A stretch of DNA of 63,371 bases, filler included, from Diploschistes diacapsis (Eukaryota): NCBI GenBank assembly GCA_023645945.1. It is 7 parts of 7 records of this genome, joined end to end, with 100 filler letters (N's around TTAATTAATTAA, not from the genome) between each part and the next. Parts side by side here need not be neighbours in the genome. Positions count along the whole stretch, not along the records: positions 29,257 to 57,536 come from JALAIB010000149.1; positions 57,637 to 63,371 come from JALAIB010001490.1; 5 more parts are not named here. One strand, written 5' to 3'. A program made the translations under genes and the position numbers. Numbering within the stretch: position 1 is the first letter of the stretch; every line of letters begins with the position of its first letter. The notes under the pieces were generated by a model, which saw nothing but the letters and a program-made list of their open reading frames with translations, made no database searches and had not been told where the DNA came from. Positions 52,046 through 63,371 of this stretch are shown here, in pieces.

Positions 52046-52763
52046 GGTGAAAGGCTTAAACGGATAAAAGCTGTTGAAAAGGCGACCGAATGGTGGTTGG
52101 TAATGTAGATTATTAGTCTCGGAGTAGCAGCGTCAAGGATCGTACAGTCGATGGCTCCTGCAGTCCCTGCTGTCCTCAAAGGAGTTTCGACACCAACTCT
52201 GAAGGTTGAATGATGCCAGGTAGCGGTTTAGAGTATCAAGTGACGGATAACCTTAAAAGAAGTTCCAACTCGAAGGAATGGTGGCTTAGTCTCGCGACGG
52301 AACCAAGCAAGTGGCAAAGCCGAACAAAAGCGACCGAGTTGTGAGGAGGAGCAAGTATTAAGTAAAAAGCTGACGGGTGTTGCCCTCTCTTTGTGTGGTC
52401 GGTCAATGGTCATCACCAACGTAAAAGTGGCGCCGAGTGAACTGAGGCAGCAGCCAAGCAGTGAGTCAGCGATAAAAGTATTATTGACTGGTATTGAGCA
52501 ACAGATATTACAAAAGGATGGATGCCATACAGATAGGCCAAGCCGTAAATTGACAGGATAGTGACGGGAGACTGCAAACAAATATATTGTATTCTAGTAT
52601 CTACTAGTAAAACGGCTTTTCCGGTGACTCGGTGCACACAATAATAACACTAAGAATAATAGAGTACTAATAGGGCATTTAAGAAGGTCAATTGATTGAC
52701 TAAGTAGAAAGCTTATATATAAATATATACATATTATTTGCCAAGAAGTATCATGCTAGTCAC

Positions 52764-52783
52764 GTGTGTGTGTGTGTGTGTGT
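52764..52783. repeat. (GT)n microsatellite
   Basis: About 10 GT units in the VTS1/TFC4 divergent intergenic region. Confidence 0.9.
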
Positions 52784-53248
52784 CGGAGTTCAAACATGTA
52801 GATATTCTACTTCAAAATGTAATGTATAGCGACTTTTGGTTCACGGGCCTCTTTCTGATAGGGGCAGAGTCTGTCAATTTAATCTAGTAATGAGGATGCC
52901 CAAGCATCATCTTGTTTCACGTGGTGAAGAAGATCCGCCTAAAAGACGAGAGTACCATGTGTCGTTCCCGGACCTGGATCACTATGGCTAGTATTCAAAC
53001 TCTGTCTACAGGCAGGAAAGAGTTGTCTGTGGGCACTGCAGATATCGAGTGACAGGATATTGATTGTTAGTAAACTTGTTTCGCATAAGCTATCAGGAAT
53101 TAGTTAAGATAGATAGTCATACACGCTTCAACCTCTCTTCGAAATTTTCTCTGTTTTGTTAGCTTCTCGAAACATGCATCTACCTTGATTCAATAACCTA
53201 CTTCAATCTTTGCATCATTCGAAAGGTTTCGATGACTCTTGGGGAAGA

Positions 53249-56200
53249 ATGGATTCGCCCTCCAGCTCAAGCCGTCAGCCTCTGGAGGATCTCCAGCAAA
53301 AGGACTACGAGTATCCGGATCCAGAGATAGCCCATGCTTCGCTATGGCCAATGAATACCACACTGTTCGATGCTGCACATAACGGTGAACTAGGCGCTGA
53401 TCTTCAAGAAATTTCAGACCTGTTGAGGGAAGGATACCCCTCTGAAGAAGAACATGAAGACCTGAATCCTGGAAATCACTTTGCGACCCTGGACCGATAC
53501 GGAGCGCCTTTGGATTCGGACTATCTTAATGATGACGAGACGGAGCAGTAGGTGTGAAAGAGCTCCCGTTACCGACCCGACTAATGCCTTAATTCAAGGA
53601 GTAACGATCAGTTATCAGATCTCGATCACTTAGATAGTCTCCAAGCGACTCCTGGAGGCGGAGGTAGAGGAGGAAAAAGGAGCCGAGGCAGAGGTAGGGA
53701 AAGGGGAGGGAGAGGTCGCGGCCAATCGCAAAATGACAGCCCAAGCAATTCTCTCTTCTGTGCCAGACGCCGTGGCAGAAGCAGTAGTAGAGCCTCGATT
53801 GACAACCCTAGAGGCCGAGGAGTCAAACGCGGATACAGGAACCCCCTCAAACCATCCGACGAATTTACATCACTGCATTCCCAAGCTAACTTCGCTTATA
53901 TCGAGAAGGACTATGATAAAGCCGAGCACTTGATTAACCAGGCAATCGCGTTGAATCCCGAAATCTTTGAATCTCATTCCCTGCTTTCAGAGATCCATTT
54001 AGCTCAAGGGGATACAACCCGCTCCGTTCTAGCTCTTTTCCTTGGAGCACACACCCGACCGAGCGAAGGGGGCAACTGGGCTAGAGCTGCCGAACAGATA
54101 GAATGGATAGCTAAGCGCAAACTGTTCCAGGACCAAGAGAACGATGGAAGTACTGGAGGATATGATGACGAGGACGACGAAGATGCGCAAGGAGACGACG
54201 ACGGTGGTAATCAGCTAGATGTCAACAACGGTCAAGAAAGTGCAGTCGATGATGACCCATTACAGGGGGAAGAGGGAGATGAACAGGGCGACGAAGAGGA
54301 ACCACTCATAGGAGGCACTGAAGCGGAAGATAGGACTGCACGGGACCTGCTGAAAAAGGTTGCAAACAAGGGCAGACCTTCCGACATACTCAGAACAGCC
54401 GTCTATTGTTACCAGCGGTTACTGACGCAAGATCGAGACAATAAAGCTGCTCGACTGAAGCGAGCCGCCCTTAGCAGAAAGGTTAAAATGTTCAAAACTG
54501 CCCTCCGTGATTACGAATTCGTGCGCAAAGAAGACCCAGCCAACACCGAAGTACTACGGAATATAGCAGAAATTCAGTCGTTACGCGAGAATGGCTCTGC
54601 AGCTCTTGAATGTTTTGACACCACAATCAAGGTTATCGAGGATACCACGCCTAATGAGCTTGCGTCGTTCGGATGGCCGGATATTCACATTTGGGCACAA
54701 ATCTTTATCCACTTACAGCGCTTCCAAGAGGCTTCAGCAGCAATCAAAAAAATGGCAAGATGGATGCTTGGTAGGGGTAGTGACGTGTTCTGGGATAGCT
54801 ACACACAGGATGACAGGGAATTCGATGTTGGACATGAGCCTCGCCGCAGCGAAGTACTGCCTCTGGAGCAACGACATCCCTTGCTGTCATATGGTGAAGG
54901 CCTTCCACTCGAGCTGCGCATACAGATGGGTATCTGTCGGCTAAAACAGGGACCAGATCATTTCGATGAGGCAATGGTTTGAGGAACGGTCCTCTATGGC
55001 CTGATGGACGCTAATTTACCCGTAGATGCATTTCGAATACCTCGATCCAGACATTCATGAAGAAAGTGAAAGACTAGTAGCCTTGGAAGACTTGCTCCAA
55101 GAAGTGGGCGATGCTCTTCGGGCAGAGCATAGATTTCATGAAGCGTTACGTTTCTACGAACCTGTCAAATACAGCGCGGAAGAATTGAATGAAGAATACG
55201 TCAAAGCACTAGCGCACTGTTATCGTGAGCTCGGGATGATAGATGACGTCGAAGAATGCTGGCGGATCCTTGCACAAACCAAGAGAGGTCAGAGTGATAT
55301 AGCAGGGCGGAAGGAAATGATACGTCTTTTGGTAACCGCTGGACAGGACAGTCGCGCAGCGCCATATCGGGCAGAGCTAGCCTGGAAGCGGCGACGGCGG
55401 TTTAGGTTGCCCCCTAGAATCGGTAAAGAGGGTGGGAATAAATCCTTGGAAGATCCGGATCAGCTCATGGAAACCATCGAGGGGGACGACGAAGTTTGCG
55501 TTAGCGAAGCTTCGTTCCGTAAACCAGAGCCATCCAGAAAACCAAGGAGAAAGGGAGTGATGCCACCCGTGGAAGAGCAGGAGGACCTTCAGCCGATGTT
55601 CCAGTCAATGCGCGATACAAAAGTAAGATTAGACAACGGTGACAAAGATGCCAGGGAGGAATGGATGAAAAAAGCAGGTTTCTTATTGTCGGTGTTTGGA
55701 GAAGCCACCGTGTTCTTCCCTTACGATAAGAACGTCAAATTCCTTGGATATTCTGCTGAGGATCGAGCCAGGTCCTTGGCGTCGAAGAAGAGGCAGCTCG
55801 AAATGGACATGGAACGTGCGATGCAGCTACGTGTATCACTAGGTTAGACTTTTCTTGTACTTACGAGCAAACAACAAAGCTTACTCGGAGAAGATCAATT
55901 ACCGCCATGGCCGTCGCCGCCAGCGGTTTACTGCCAAGTGAACTTCGAGGATTGGCTCGATGTGTTCCTCGAATTCGCAATCTTACTAGCCGAAGACGAT
56001 AATCAGAGAGGCTCGTACAACACGCTCGATATTGTAACAGCGGCCAACGTCTGGTTTCATTCAAAGAAAACCATGTCCCTCGTGAACATAGTTTGGGCGA
56101 GTGAGTGCTTCCACAAAGATCCCCGTTGAAAACCTCTATTAATAGAGATCATCCAGTCTGTGCACTGGTCCTCCGCGATCAGAAGAGGCTCTCGGTTATC

Positions 56201-57103
56201 GGCCGCTATTTTATGGCAGAACAACAGTTCGTGCCCGACAGCTACCGCCTGCAGTCTGCCCTGCACCGCATCTGCCATCGGCCCAACGCCTGCTTCAACG
56301 AGTCGGCCACGCTCAAATTCGTGCTGCGCCAGATCAAAGCCATGGACTTCTGCGTGATCCCCGAGGCGAAACGCAGGGAGATGAAGCTTGTCCTGACGGA
56401 GAGCGTGGGCCTGACGTCGAAAGACGAGGCGGGGAAGGAAATACAAGCGACCGGCTTCAACGTGCCGCTGCTCATGCTCTACGGCCAGATGCTGATGGCG
56501 GGCGGGAGCACGACGGAGGCGCTGAACTACTACTATCGCGCGCACGCATTGCAGCCGGAGCACCCGCTCGTCAACCTCAGCCTGGCGCTGGCGTACGTGC
56601 ACTGGGCGCTGAAGAGGCAGAGTCCGAACAGGCACACGCACATCATGCAGGGCCTGTCGTTCCTGTTCAAGTATCGGGAGCTGAGGATGGGGGGCCCGGG
56701 GCCCCTGGTCGAGAAGCAGGAGGCCGAGTTCAACGTGGCCAGGACGTTCCACATGCTGGGCCTGAACCACCTGGCCATACCCCGCTACCGGACGGTGCTG
56801 GAGATGGGAGAGGAAATGCAGAGGGAGTGGAGAGGGCGGGACGGAGGGGCGGCGAACGGTAAAGGGGAGCAGTCGTGGGGAGACGTGCAGATGACGGATG
56901 ATGGCCATGTTGCCGCAGCAGCAGCAGCAGCAGCAGCGGAGGGCTCGGGTCCGGGCGAGGAACCGCAGAGACGCGCTGGTGGGACGCAGGAGTTCCGGGA
57001 AGACTTCACCATCGATGCGGCGTACGCTTTGCAGGACCTTTACGCCACGGCAGGCAACATGGACGGGGCGTATGCGATTGTGGAGAAATACATGGTGCTC
57101 TAG
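53249..57103 (+). CDS. TFC4: RNA polymerase III transcription factor TFIIIC TPR subunit Tfc4
   Basis: TPR repeats, 'MARWMLGR....FWD....DDREFD', 'LPLELRIQMGICRL', 'NLSLALAYVHWALKRQSPNRH..IMQG' and 'QEAEFNVARTFHMLGL.HLA'. About five introns. Confidence 0.9.
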
Positions 57104-57536
57104 GTATTGGACGCCTTGATGTGGGCAACTTTTGCGGCAGATTAGATGGAGGGGGGGTAGGGGGAAGTATGTTATGTGCACAAGGGCATTTTGTTGCAGC
57201 GAGACTGTAACTATGGCAATATTCGAACAGCCCATGTACTGGCCAGCTGCTATCTTATCTTTTCCGTAAGCTGCTTCTGGCTTCCATGTGTGTCCGTCAG
57301 GCAGACAGACAGACAGACAGACAGACGTCTGCCAGGCCGTCATCACTATATCGCGCAAGACGATCAATGGTCAAGGTTCATTCCAGTTCAATCCAATACA
57401 TCTGCCAGAAACAAACCGTCGTGTCCTCTCCAGGTTTTGCTTTCCATGTAGACGCGCCTCTGGCCTCGCTATTCCTTCCCCATAGGCAAGGCCTGCTCAA
57501 ATCAACGAGGCCTGCCGTTGGGGCCCATGTCACCCC

Positions 57537-57636
57537 NNNNNNNNNNNNNNNNNNNNNNNNNNNNNNNNNNNNNNNNNNNNTTAATTAATTAANNNNNNNN
57601 NNNNNNNNNNNNNNNNNNNNNNNNNNNNNNNNNNNN
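57537..57636. other. Artificial contig linker
   Basis: 44 N + TTAATTAATTAA + 44 N. Confidence 0.98.
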
Positions 57637-58111
57637 GAAGGTGGGTGTGGAAGTGGGAGTGCGAGGAGGACAACGCCTGAGGGATGAGAATGAGAATGTG
57701 TGAATCTTTTTTTTATATTTTTTTTAGAGTATGTGCTGATGCCATTTTTCCCCATTGGTGTCGTAGGCTAAGCGGTGTGTTAATTGCACGAGCTGGCAGG
57801 ATGGGAGGGAGGAGAAGGGACCTACTGATGCTGCTGCTGCTGGTGGAGGGAATTGAGCGCGCGCGTTCCCCCAAATTGGGTCCGTGGGAGGTGCAACAGA
57901 TAATGGGATGCTATGAGGGCTTGTCGGGGCCTTGGTGAGAAGGTTCTCGGACATCATGGTCACACGATGAATATTTGTTTCAGTATTCTTCTGGCCAAAA
58001 AACAATGTAAAGATTTGTATTACTCTTGCCTTTTTGCCGGTCATATGTTTGATCGATTGCCGCTGGCTGGCCAGACATAACCCCCTAACCGCGCGCGGCA
58101 CAACACCTTCT

Positions 58112-59686
58112 CTAATCCCACGTCCCGCGTATGACCGGTCTGGCAGCATCCCACGGCCCAATGACCACATTCTTGTACTTCTGCAGACCAATCAGCCACC
58201 AGCTGCAACCCCCCATGGCAAACACGTTGCCCAAGCCCCAAAGCACCGTGCCCGCGACCGCCGCCTTCCACCGCCCGCCCATCACCACCGTGACGCCCAG
58301 CGCCGCGCCCGCCGTCAGAATCAGCATGACCGTCAGCGCGACGTGCAGGCGCCACGAGCGGTGCCGGAGGTGGCGCCGGAAGACGGGGAACAGGCCGAAG
58401 ACCTCGATGGAAAAAAGCGTCAGCGAAAAGACGTGCGTGGTGCTGGCGAGCCGCGACGCGAGCACCGTGGACGCCATCAGCGCGGCGTTGGTGGAGAGCG
58501 AGGAGGGGTACTTGACGCCGACGCCGACGCCGGAGCTGGAACCCGAGCGTGAGCTGGACCCGGACCCGGAGCCGTAGTCGAAGAAGAAGACGTTCATGAG
58601 CATCAGCCAGGTGCTCATGGCCCAGATGGAGTCGCTGCTCGTGCTTTTTGTGAGGGACTTGAGGATCGGGCTGAGGCCGAGGAGGGCGCTGTAGATGAGC
58701 ACGGCGGACTTGGCCGTCGCCAGGCGCCGCTGGTTGCGGGGGGAGAGGATGGAGGCGGGCGCGTTGTAGGGCGGGATGTAGGTGTAGCTGGAAAAGGGAG
58801 GGGCTGGGGAAGAGGAGTTGCCAGCCGTTGGAGGCGCTTCGGTGAGAGATGAGGAGGAAGGGGTAGTGGCTCGGTGGAGGGAGGTGGTGCTGATGCTGCG
58901 GGAGTGCATGCGGGATGGGTAGGCGCTGCTGGTGGCCGAGGAGGTGGAGATGCCGAGACCCTCGTGAGCTTGGGAGTGCGCAGGGGAGCTTCCGAGATAG
59001 CGGCTTGACGACAGGCTGTTTGCTTCCTCGGTCGTCGTTCCCTCGACGTCTGACCGGTGAGCCGTGTCCGAGATGTACCTGGAGCGCTCTTCTTGACCCG
59101 TCCACATGTCCCAGAGAACCCATGCGAGGAATGCGCAGCTCGAGCTACAGCCGGTAACAGAGACGGGGGAGATGCGCTCCTGATAGATGCCGACAAAGCA
59201 GCAGGTGAAGATGGCAACGGAGCACACATGCTGTACTATCACCGTGGAATCCGCAACAAGAGGCCAGAAGTCGTAAGGGACCAGACGTGGGTTCCGTTGA
59301 AGATGGGATAGAAATGTGGGAGGATCCGTGTAGTTGTCAGGATCTGGAGCCGACTGTCAGCAGCAGCCCGCTACATACTGCCAAGGCGACCCACAGGACT
59401 GCTTCACCCAGAGTATCTTCTTCCATTCCCTTGGTGTTTTCGGTCGCCTGCTTCTTCTACTGTCCTTTTCTCTTCTACGGCGCACCGTACTGCCTCGCCT
59501 CGCGTTAATGAAGTTATCCGGTATAGGTTTGCAGTCGTCATGTTCGACTGTCTCTCGTAGCAGGTTGTCGGTCGAGGAGGCTCCATTGACTATCGTGTCC
59601 GAGAAGGGTCGATGGGCTAGGTGCGGCGCATCGCTGTGCAGGTCCTGGACTTGGGCAGAGGATGCGTGACTGGCGGGCAATGCCAT
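58112..59686 (-). CDS. GPI2: GPI-GlcNAc transferase subunit Gpi2/PIG-C
   Basis: 'WKKILWVKQS|YPDNYTD', 'LSPILKSLTKSTSSDSIWA', 'SLSTNAALMASTVLASRL' and 'LQKYKNVVIGPWD'. One intron near 59396-59344. Confidence 0.93.
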
Positions 59687-60108
59687 TGGAGATCCATTGC
59701 GGCATTCAAGGAGTGAAGTGACAAGACTGAGATCTGAAGCATCCAATTAATCCCCGCTGTTATGCACTTTTGTGAAAATGCATAAACCACCTTTAGGTAC
59801 AGTAAGGCTGAAGATACATGCTGGCATCTACGCGCATTATTCCTACACAGCCTTCTCGGCAACCAGTGCGTTCTTTTGCCTACGCTATTCAATATGATTG
59901 TACATCCTTTCTTTTCATCGTTTGTGTCCTTTGCTCTTCCTTCTCATCGCTTCAAAGATACGTGGTTTGGGAGTTAGAGGCTGGGTGCAGTCGTCTTCAC
60001 AAGGTCCCCCTTCGCCGGTCTCACATTTGCGGCACCAAGCGACATCCCTCATCAACGAAGCGAAACCGAGTCTCGCGCTCTGTGAAGAGTATCGGAGCTC
60101 CAGCAGTC

Positions 60109-61088
60109 ATGCCACTTTCCATGCTTTCCACCTCGGAGAGGCGTGCCCAGGTCATAGCCGCAGAGCCTCGATGGAAAGCAAAGTTCATCCTCCGCATTAT
60201 CGTCATCATCTTCGACTTCCTTTCTATTGTCATGGCCGCTATTACTATAACAACATTCGACTTGCTTGATTCATTGAACTCCTTTCTTTTATATAGCTTC
60301 ATTCCGCTAGGAATCTCGATTTTCTGGTGTCTTGCAAATATCATCGTCCGTGCTCGGCGCCCGAGGCCCATGCATCCGGGGGCTAATGTTGCCATGGATC
60401 TCCTAATGTTTGTTTCCACAGTCTCCCACTCGGCATTATATACTGACTTGCTCTTTAGATGGATGGCATTCTTCGTGGCTTTGTTCTTCGTCTGGTGGAT
60501 TCTTTCCTTTTTCATTTCGCTTATGTTCCAAGATGTGACTGATAGTTTTTACTTGAATTACAATACCTCTTACTCTCAGTGGGAACGCGGCATACAAATC
60601 GGAATAGCTTCTTCCACTTTTGCAACGTTTGCAATGTGAATTGACGTGCGGTTTAGTGCATAGCATTTCAGACTGACGCTCGTTCCAGGGTTTTACACAT
60701 CGTGTTATTCATCTGGTCCTCCATCGACACATCGAAGCGCAACAAAGCAGAAACACAGACACGCCGTGCTGCGATTGCGGAGAAATTAGAAGCAGGCAGT
60801 GCATCTCAAAGGAATACATCTGCGAACGAGTTAAACACCGACCCATCCCAGTCATCAGTGAATGCCGCGGGAGAGCTAGCAGAAGCTCGTCCGGATTTCA
60901 GCAACGGTGATGCCGCGTCAAGTTCGCTCGGCCACACCACCTCCCCGTCCCACAGTCCCGGTCCGTCCAGTCCGGCACCGGCTTACGTCAACAGGCCAGT
61001 ATCTCCATTCTCCGATCCTCTTACCGGACGGAGCGAATTAGCATTTGATTCTATTGTCGGACGGAGCGAATTGTCATCGGAGCCGTGA
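60109..61088 (+). CDS. Hypothetical four-TM membrane protein (MARVEL-like)
   Basis: Four hydrophobic segments with 'MHPGANVAMDLL.W'. Introns near 60409-60458 and 60636-60688; Ser/Pro-rich tail. Confidence 0.7.
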
Positions 61089-61699
61089 GATAAGCCTTGG
61101 TAGAGGCTTCGAGTTGCAGATTACGAGACGCCTGGACCCCTGGGGTAGAATGGAGGGGCTCATGAACCGGAAATATACCCAATATTGGCATTTTCGTTGG
61201 AGTTATTGGTGTTTGGTAAATGCAATTGGTCCGGGCTCAATCAGCCGTATCTCTGGCGTTGCGTACAACATGCTGTCATTGATTATATATGGTGTGTTTT
61301 TGCGTTACTGCCAGAACGATATTGCGCTATCGGAGCACTTTCGCCAGTTATTCAGGTTTCAAGCATCGTAGTCAACATGCCAAAAGGGTATACCGCCCAC
61401 AGCTCGGAAATAGAATATTTCCTTGTTCAACATTGATTTCCAGAGCAATCAGCTTCAAATTGGAACGACACAGAATAACGCAGCTACTGGAGACTGCAAG
61501 AAGAAGAACCAATTGTGCATTTATGATGAAGCGCGAAGGTACAGGTACAGTCAGTAACAAGGGGAGAGGATGCTATGGTCTCTACAACGCAGGTAGATCG
61601 TGGTACCGGAGGCAGAACCGAGCAGAGATTCAGAACCCGGATCTAATGATATCGACTATATATAGTATTCGGATTAGTGATGAGCGTACAGTACGTTGC

Positions 61700-62845
61700 A
61701 AAAATTAATAGAATCCGTTCAACATTCTTAGCGTAAACGTCAATTGTTAAACTGTCGAGCAAAATAATTAAATTTAGATTATAAAAAATTTTAACTTCGG
61801 TTCATTTATTGTATTATAGAACTATTACGGCAATCTTTAAACCGTTAGTTATATAAAATCCAATGCGATAACGTTGAAAATATTTTCGAAACGATAACAA
61901 ATTGAAAGGCTACTAAAAAATTAATTAAAATCGTTAATAACCTTTATATCGTTTTTAATATCGTTTAAAATAAAGATGTTAAGATTTATCGTTTTCTTTT
62001 ATAGATTTAATATCGTTTAACACCTGTTGAAAGTGGTGGAAGTTCCTAATAGATAACAGATGACTAAGAATGTATTCAGCAGCTAGTCCTAACTAGGAAA
62101 TATTCCTAGCCTGCCTAGCCTGGTAGCTGACTATTGTTCAGTATGTTACGATCCAAGTACCAGACTTGGCACGTCCCAGCTTTGTATATAGATCAGTCAC
62201 GGGACCAGGGGTCACGTGATGCGCTTACTGCTCGCGTTCACTCTCGTGAGCGGCGAGCAGGTTTCGTCACCGCTCGATGATCGCGCTCACTCTCGTAAAC
62301 GGCGAGCCTCGAGGACACCGCTCGCTGAGCTTACTATAAACGGCTAACTATTTAACTATATATAAACACGACTCTATCTTCGTGGAAAAAAACGTATTCA
62401 TTTTTATAAATATCTTAAGTTATTACTCGGGATCAATCTATATTCGTTATTTTTATTATCTTAGAGCTTTCTTTCCAGAAATAATCTAAAATCTATAATT
62501 ATTCTATCTTCTTTTCCTGCCACATTCCTCTTTTAACAGAGACTAAACCCATCTTGATCCTACTCGTGTATACCTTGTATAGATAGAGATCATAACACAG
62601 TAATAATATATTGAAGAGGTTGAAGGTTATATTTATGAACGATGGAGGGTGAGAGGCCTTTTATAGGCACATTTCACGCTAGTGTGATTAGTAACAATCT
62701 AATCTAGAATGTTCTTTATCCTTCTAAATCATTCCATGCATTAGTAAGCCGAATATTCTAGAATATTCTAGAATATTCGATGATATTCGATAATCTTCGA
62801 TGATGTTCTATTTAGGCTGGCCGTTGCGTGCAACGGTCACTGACA
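61700..62845 (-). mobile_element. Outer LTR (62845-62025; Copia-like) with adjoining RIP-degraded internal sequence
   Basis: The minus strand starts TGTCAGTGACCGTTGCACGCAACGGCC (hairpin), contains CCTATAAAAGG and ends ..TTTCAACA at 62025. It is followed by GGT.. and AT-rich decayed DNA. No matching TSD, which fits an LTR still attached to internal sequence. Confidence 0.55.
62144..62597. mobile_element. Solo LTR (454 bp) with a 5-bp target-site duplication
   Basis: CAGTA|TGTTACG ... CATAACA|CAGTA (TSD at 62139-62143 and 62598-62602), with inverted termini and internal direct repeats (CACTCTCGT..CGGCGAGC). Confidence 0.85.
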
Positions 62846-63262
62846 CGGACACTGCACTGTAGTGAAAGCACTGACACGGATATTATAATAAAAATTTTCT
62901 CGGCACGGATATTAACACGGATACCGCAGCAAAAATTTTTTCGACACGAACATTAACACGGATACTAAATTATAATAAAAACACGGACACGGATATTATA
63001 ATTAAAAAATTTAAAACACGGACACTAACACGGACATTATATTACAAATAAATTTATTAATACGGACACTACGGCTAAAAATTTTAAAACACGGATACTA
63101 ACACGGACATTATATTATAATAAAAGCACGGACACGGACACTACAACTAAAAAATTTAAAACACGGATACTGACACGGACACTATACTATAATAAAAATA
63201 CTAATATTATAATACAATAAAAGCACGGACACTATAATATAATAAAAGCACGGATACGGATA
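62839..63262. repeat. Array of about 20 ACACGGA(C/T)A motifs with AT-rich spacers
   Basis: Repeated CACTGACACGGACACTG and its C>T/G>A variants such as TATTAACACGGATA. Confidence 0.9.
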
Positions 63263-63371
63263 TTATATTAAAATATTCGTGTATATATTAATACCATTCT
63301 AATATACGTATATTATTTTAACAGCGTGAAAATTGATCGTAAAAATTAGACGTAAGAATTTCATTTATAAT

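Noticed and set aside
52759..52922. CACGTG boxes as a Pho4 regulon linked to PHO85
   Set aside because: A 6-mer is expected by chance in 63 kb, it also matches Cbf1-type sites, and the flanking genes are not phosphate-related.
62839..63262. CRISPR-like array
   Set aside because: The repeats are only 7-12 bp, the spacers are related to each other, there are no cas genes and the context is a eukaryotic TE region.

Overview
Filamentous ascomycete (Pezizomycotina) nuclear DNA with short GT-AG introns. The window is not one locus. It is seven contigs joined by an artificial 100-bp linker (44 N + TTAATTAATTAA + 44 N), with lengths 5762, 5760, 5749, 5743, 5742, 28280 and 5735 bp, so adjacency across linkers has no biological meaning. 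Recognisable housekeeping genes are NUP85, a GH1 beta-glucosidase, SRO7/77, URA5, an ataxin-10/CTR86-like gene, HPC2, RBA50, OGG1, flbC, SEC9, PHO85, a Sel1-repeat DSF2/Nif1-like gene, VTS1, TFC4 and GPI2. Three genes are disrupted: a tannase/feruloyl esterase, a restriction-endonuclease-like gene and an RTA1-like gene. The transposon relics (Fot1/pogo elements, nested LTRs, an ACACGGA repeat array) are heavily mutated. The most notable observations are a RIP-like pattern that appears to spare CpG, an apparently decaying URA5, a tannase with a predicted GPI anchor, an intronless PHO85, and a small spliced orphan gene with paired PP1-docking motifs. I found no convincing wholly new multi-gene system. 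All family assignments come from recalled motifs, not database searches.
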